Below are positions 36,083 to 40,182 of a DNA stretch of 40,182 nt, in pieces. Below the pieces are notes generated by a model. It was not told the origin of the DNA. It saw only the letters and a list, made by a program, of their open reading frames with translations, and searched no databases. The stretch is from Chitinophagaceae bacterium (GTDB lineage: Bacteria > Bacteroidota > Bacteroidia > Chitinophagales > Chitinophagaceae). How positions within the stretch are numbered: the first letter of the stretch is position 1; each line of letters opens with the position of its first letter. Made by a program: the position numbers and the translations under genes. The stretch covers positions 1 through 40,182 of the forward strand of contig JANLVQ010000193.1 in assembly GCA_031364085.1 (NCBI GenBank), given 5' to 3'.

Positions 36083-37672
36083 TTAATGAATAAACAGCTT
36101 AGTTTTCATTTTTTCATCGTGGCCATAAATATCATTTCTAAAATTTAGCAAGCCATTCTTATCTACCCAAGTTGTAAAATACACTATAAAAACGGGTATA
36201 GCCTTTGGTAAACCTACCCATTTTTCTTTAGGCAAGTTCATTAAGCTATCAATTTTATTCTCGGTATAAGAAGTATCATTCCTTAATAAATAAGAAGCGA
36301 GTTTTTGGGGTTCACTTAACCTTATACATCCATGACTTAAACTTCGATTAGTTGCTGAAAAATAATTCTTATTAGGGGTATCGTGAAAATAAATTTCGTA
36401 GCTATTTGGGAATAAAAATTTTACTAATCCTAATGTATTTTTTGGGCCAGCTTTTTGCCTTATCATAGGCAAACCATTTGAATTGCCGTATTGCTCCATA
36501 TTATTTTTTTCTAAATAATTTTTATCTTTTTTTAAGTTTGGTAGTATTTCATTTTTTACAATATTGTTTGGTAAAATCCAATAAGGGCTAAATACAATAT
36601 ATTTTAAATTTCCACTAAAAATTACTGTTGATGTTGCTGCTTTGCCAACAATAACATTCATATCCCAAGTATTTACAGCACTGTCAAAAACATGAAGGGT
36701 AAACTCTGGAATATTTACTAAAAAATAATTGCTGTCTTTTTCTTGAGGCAACCATCTGGCTCTTTCCAAATTAATTAAAATTTGTTGAATTAATCTACTA
36801 ATGGGTTTATTTAAAATTTGAATAAATGAATTATTTATATTCGATGAAGTGATTAATCCATATCTTTTTTGTATTTGATGTATAGCAAATAATAAACTAG
36901 AATCAAAAATATTAGTACTGTCATTAATCGATAAGTCTCCCAACAAATACAATCTTTTTTTTAATGATGGGATAATATTTGATGAATCGCCGACTTTTAA
37001 AATTTTGTTATTTAAAACCAAAGAATCGGTAGGAAATAATTTTTGAATGGCATAATAATATTGCAATTGGTTTTGCAATTTTTTATACTGAGAATTAAAG
37101 GGCACATAAACCTCTGGGTTTTTACTTTTATTCAACAAAACAGTATCGAGCAAAGAACTTAAATTAATTTTTTTGGTTGGTATAAACCATCCTAATTCAG
37201 TTGCATTTAAATCAATTCCTTTGTAAACTTTTACTGCATAATTAAAAAATTGACCAGTAAAAAGCAACTCTGCTTTTAATAAATCTTTCTTAAAATAATT
37301 GTGTTTATTATTTTCAAATATTTTATAAAAAAGTAAAAATCTAGGGTTAATTAAATTATTATCTTGTAACTCTGTTGCAGTAGTATTTAATAAATTATAA
37401 AAATTATAAGCCTGCTCAGATAGGCCAGTATTATCGAACCAAGCAGATTCATAATTACGTTGTTTGTAGAAATTAAAAAACTGCTCTGCAAAAATATTTA
37501 AGGTCGAATCAGTTGTAATAAACTCAGCCAATTGTAAACTATCGAAAAATAAATTATTGAAAGAAGTTCCTTTGGTGATGGTTAAATCTCTTTCAACTAC
37601 TTTGTCCTTTTTATTTTTACAAGAAATGAAAATACCAATCAATAGGAATGAAACAATACAAAATATTTTCAT
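36083..37672 (-). CDS. L,D-transpeptidase (YcbB/LdtD-like, YkuD catalytic domain)
   Basis: Catalytic motif FHDTPNKNYFSATNRSLSHGCIRL and a YcbB-type scaffold (INLERARWLP). Start moved to Met15 (MKIFCIVSFLLIGIFIS|C lipobox, ATG at 37672), which removes the overlap with tmk. Confidence 0.88.
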   Translation of the reverse strand: MKIFCIVSFLLIGIFISCKNKKDKVVERDLTITKGTSFNNLFFDSLQLAEFITTDSTLNIFAEQFFNFYKQRNYESAWFDNTGLSEQAYNFYNLLNTTATELQDNNLINPRFLLFYKIFENNKHNYFKKDLLKAELLFTGQFFNYAVKVYKGIDLNATELGWFIPTKKINLSSLLDTVLLNKSKNPEVYVPFNSQYKKLQNQLQYYYAIQKLFPTDSLVLNNKILKVGDSSNIIPSLKKRLYLLGDLSINDSTNIFDSSLLFAIHQIQKRYGLITSSNINNSFIQILNKPISRLIQQILINLERARWLPQEKDSNYFLVNIPEFTLHVFDSAVNTWDMNVIVGKAATSTVIFSGNLKYIVFSPYWILPNNIVKNEILPNLKKDKNYLEKNNMEQYGNSNGLPMIRQKAGPKNTLGLVKFLFPNSYEIYFHDTPNKNYFSATNRSLSHGCIRLSEPQKLASYLLRNDTSYTENKIDSLMNLPKEKWVGLPKAIPVFIVYFTTWVDKNGLLNFRNDIYGHDEKMKTKLFIH

Positions 37673-37686
37673 GAAAATTTGAATAA

Positions 37687-38307
37687 TTAATTTATTTTTT
37701 GTACTTGTTGCCAAACGTCTGCAGCAATTTCTATTTCAGTTCTTTCACCATTAATAATGCAAACCTTTTCTTCGTTTTTTAACTTATCAAAAGCTTCGAA
37801 ATATAATTGCTTAACTTTTTTTAGATTATCGAAAGTTTCATACATTTCAACATGTTCTCTACCCTTTTTAATTCTGTGCATGCTTTCTTCAGGAGATATA
37901 TCAATAAAAATATTTAAATCTGGTCGTAACAATTCTGCACTTAATGCATTAACTTGTATTACCCAATCCATTGACATGTGTGCAGCATGATAGGCATAAG
38001 ACGAAAAATAATATCTATCAGTTATTACAGTAAATTCTTCTGTTAATTTCTTTAAAATCCCATTGGTAGTATTCAATAAATGATTTAACCTATCAGCGAC
38101 AAACAAAGCAGCAATAGTTTTATGATCTCCTTCCATTTTATGGCTAAATATTTTTCTAATCATTAAGCCAATATCACTATCGGTAGGTTCAAATGTTTTG
38201 TACACTTTATGCCCCAGCTCTTCAAGTTGCTGAGTAAGTAATTTGACCTGAGTACTTTTTCCGCTCCCATCAATTCCTTCAAAAGCAATAAATAAATTTT
38301 TCTTCAT
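37687..38307 (-). CDS. tmk: thymidylate kinase
   Basis: 206 aa. FIAFEGIDGSGKSTQ P-loop, the DRY motif (ITDRYYFSS), and lid region. Confidence 0.93.
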   Translation of the reverse strand: MKKNLFIAFEGIDGSGKSTQVKLLTQQLEELGHKVYKTFEPTDSDIGLMIRKIFSHKMEGDHKTIAALFVADRLNHLLNTTNGILKKLTEEFTVITDRYYFSSYAYHAAHMSMDWVIQVNALSAELLRPDLNIFIDISPEESMHRIKKGREHVEMYETFDNLKKVKQLYFEAFDKLKNEEKVCIINGERTEIEIAADVWQQVQKIN

Positions 38308-38422
38308 TACATTAATTCATTTCTTTTTCAAATATAAGTTAATGTGTTTTGTGAAATTTTTGGCAAACACAATTAACTGAAATTTATAAATTAGTTTATA
38401 TTCGTAAATAAAATTTTAATAT

Positions 38423-38833
38423 ATGTTAAGAACTGCAAATGCAAAATGGAATGGTAGTGGTAAAGAGGGAAACGGACAACTATCTACTCAATCTGGTGTT
38501 TTAAATAATAATCAATATTCTTTCAACACTCGTTTTGCTGATGGTATTGGAACTAATCCGGAAGAATTAATTGCTGCTGCACATGCAGGTTGTTTTTCAA
38601 TGAAATTAAGTTTTATTTTAAATGCTGCAGGTTTTACTGCCGATACAATTGAAACAAACTGTGAAATTGAATTGAAAGATGGTGCAATTACAAAATCGCA
38701 TTTAACAGTTAAAGCAAAAGTTCCTGAAATTGATGATGCAAAATTTCAAGAATGTGTAAAAGATGCCGAAGCCAATTGCCCGATTAGTAAATTATTGAAT
38801 ACTGCTATATCTTCTGAAGCAGTTTTAATGTAA
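38423..38833 (+). CDS. osmC: OsmC family peroxiredoxin
   Basis: 136 aa. TNPEELIAAAHAGCFSM and ANCPISK contain the two conserved Cys of OsmC. Confidence 0.9.
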   Translation: MLRTANAKWNGSGKEGNGQLSTQSGVLNNNQYSFNTRFADGIGTNPEELIAAAHAGCFSMKLSFILNAAGFTADTIETNCEIELKDGAITKSHLTVKAKVPEIDDAKFQECVKDAEANCPISKLLNTAISSEAVLM

Positions 38834-38836
38834 AGT

Positions 38837-39766
38837 ATGGTTAAAGCAAAAAGCAAACTTAGAATTGTACTAGCTGGTTTCTTTTTTATTAGTATTACAA
38901 CTTTTGCACAAAAAGATACTAGTAAGTACAGTTTTTTAGACTCTATTAATTTGGATGATTTATTTAAATTAAGAGACGGAGAATCTTATTTTAAATTTCA
39001 GGCTAGTTATCTTACTAATTCAGTTTATGCTGGAAGAAAAGATACTGCTGCATTACCTTATTTCACACCTTCAATAGAGTATAATCACAAATCTGGTTTG
39101 TATTTTGGTGCTAGTATTTCTTATTTAGCAAATAACAATTCTAAAATTGATTTATGGAGTTTAGATGCGGGTTATAGTTTTAATATTATTAAAAAGCTAT
39201 CAGCAAATATTTATTTTAATAAGCCATTCTACAATGCTAATAGTAGAAATGTGCAAAGCGATGTTAGTTTTTATACCGGAGGAACTTTAAGTTACGAAAC
39301 TAAAATTGTAAACTTCTCTGCAACAGGCAATGTAATGTTTGGAAGTGAAAATGATTTTTCTTTAATTATTTCCTTAGATCATCAGTTTAGTTGGGATGGG
39401 AAGAAAGATGCCATATGGACCATATCACCCATGCTAAATACTTATTTGGGTAGTGTTGGTTTTTATCAGAATTATAAATTTCAAAGAGTTAATCCCAGAA
39501 ATAATTTACCACAAACAGTTAATGTTACTATAAGTTCTCCCAATCAATTTCAAATTTTATCATACGAATTTTCACTGCCTATTTACTTCGATAAAACCAA
39601 GTGGGGCGTATTTCTAAATCCAACTTTTGCCATTCCAGTTAACCCTGTAATTACTACTTACAAAGCTACTGGTCCTTTTGGTGGTGTTATTATTCCAGAA
39701 ACAAAAATTACAGAAAACATTTCGAATACTTTATTTGCCGAATTTGGTGTTTATTTTAAATTTTAA
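38837..39766 (+). CDS. hypothetical outer-membrane beta-barrel protein
   Basis: 309 aa. Signal peptide ...ITTFA|Q, alternating amphipathic strands rich in Y/G/S/N, and a C-terminal ...FGVYFKF ending in Phe, as in OMPs. It starts 3 nt after the osmC stop. Confidence 0.55.
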   Translation: MVKAKSKLRIVLAGFFFISITTFAQKDTSKYSFLDSINLDDLFKLRDGESYFKFQASYLTNSVYAGRKDTAALPYFTPSIEYNHKSGLYFGASISYLANNNSKIDLWSLDAGYSFNIIKKLSANIYFNKPFYNANSRNVQSDVSFYTGGTLSYETKIVNFSATGNVMFGSENDFSLIISLDHQFSWDGKKDAIWTISPMLNTYLGSVGFYQNYKFQRVNPRNNLPQTVNVTISSPNQFQILSYEFSLPIYFDKTKWGVFLNPTFAIPVNPVITTYKATGPFGGVIIPETKITENISNTLFAEFGVYFKF

Positions 39767-40182
39767 ACTAAACCAAATTGTTTGGCATGGTGCTGTGTAT
39801 GTTTATAATGTAGTTGAATCCAATCTTCAAAATTTAATTCGCCAAATACTGGATGTAAGATTTTATCTTCTTCTTTTCCACTGAATTGAGAAAAGAAGTT
39901 GTTGATATCATTTTGCAGCTCAAGCAAAGATTCATTCATACTATTATTTCTTACAGCAAATGCAGTTTCGGGCAACATAGGTGCTTTGGTATTTTCTTTA
40001 AATTCTTTATCGCTCCATAAAAACTCTCTAAACTTTGATAACTGTTCTGGTGCTGTTATTTGATTAAATTTTATTTTGCCATATGACACTTTAAAAAAAT
40101 CTGCAACATGTTCAATCATTTGTTGAGCATTCATTACGACCCAATTTCCTTTTTGTTCTGGGGTTAACTTGCTCACTAAATC
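39763..40182 (-). CDS. DUF1569/DinB-superfamily protein, probably truncated at the right window edge
   Basis: The ORF is open to the window end. The ORF track starts it at a GTG (40176), but family members usually have about 15-20 more N-terminal residues before the ..LTPE....W..MN..QM..H motif. The C-terminal HYKHTQHHAKQFGL is typical. Confidence 0.6.
   Translation of the reverse strand, partial: DLVSKLTPEQKGNWVVMNAQQMIEHVADFFKVSYGKIKFNQITAPEQLSKFREFLWSDKEFKENTKAPMLPETAFAVRNNSMNESLLELQNDINNFFSQFSGKEEDKILHPVFGELNFEDWIQLHYKHTQHHAKQFGLV

Noticed and set aside
37673-37714. 14-codon N-terminal extension of the L,D-transpeptidase ORF, overlapping tmk
   Set aside because: The internal Met starts a lipoprotein signal peptide (..IGIFIS|C), and using it removes the overlap.
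1-40182. Search for a defence island, prophage, integrative element or toxin-antitoxin pair
   Set aside because: I found no integrase, transposase, recombinase, restriction-modification, Cas, phage structural or toxin-antitoxin-like ORFs in any frame. Apart from the 13.5-14.7 kb repeat-rich gap, gene content and compact spacing look like core chromosome.

Overview
AT-rich chromosomal window, roughly 30% GC by eye. It most likely comes from a member of Bacteroidota. Evidence for that: TTG-N18/19-TAnnTTTG promoter boxes, short leaders without a Shine-Dalgarno sequence, a giant C25/PorU-like protein with a T9SS-type C-terminal domain, and DUF4197, KTSC and LpxD-type genes. I call 35 protein-coding genes. 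Two are cut by the window edges: ftsH on the left and a DUF1569/DinB-like gene on the right. Most are housekeeping: ftsH, rsfS, birA, dnaX, RelA/SpoT, anmK, a DEAD-box helicase, lysS, lpxD, tmk, osmC, a crotonase, and FtsX/MacB-type, MFS and MMPL transporters. I see no rRNA, tRNA, CRISPR array, integrase, transposase or recognisable defence gene, so I cannot honestly name a clear-cut new system. The items worth a second look are: (1) a secreted 17-Cys protein built from near-identical 96-nt tandem repeats, with its own terminator; (2) an in-frame A AAA AAA slippery run in dnaX just past the clamp-loader core, with nearby stops in both alternative frames; (3) a family of about 30-nt hairpin repeats (7 units in 2.5 kb) whose 5-bp stem shows compensatory substitutions; these units bracket an orphan lipoprotein gene in nested inverted orientation and form an 84-nt composite palindrome; (4) an orphan promoter, 5' hairpin and GC-rich terminator on the minus strand at about 22.1 kb, which looks like a ~70-nt sRNA; (5) a co-directional C25-peptidase, RDD, FtsX-permease gene string; (6) all 7 convergent gene junctions have stop codons 6 nt or less apart. 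All functional calls come from reading motifs in the translations. No database search was possible.
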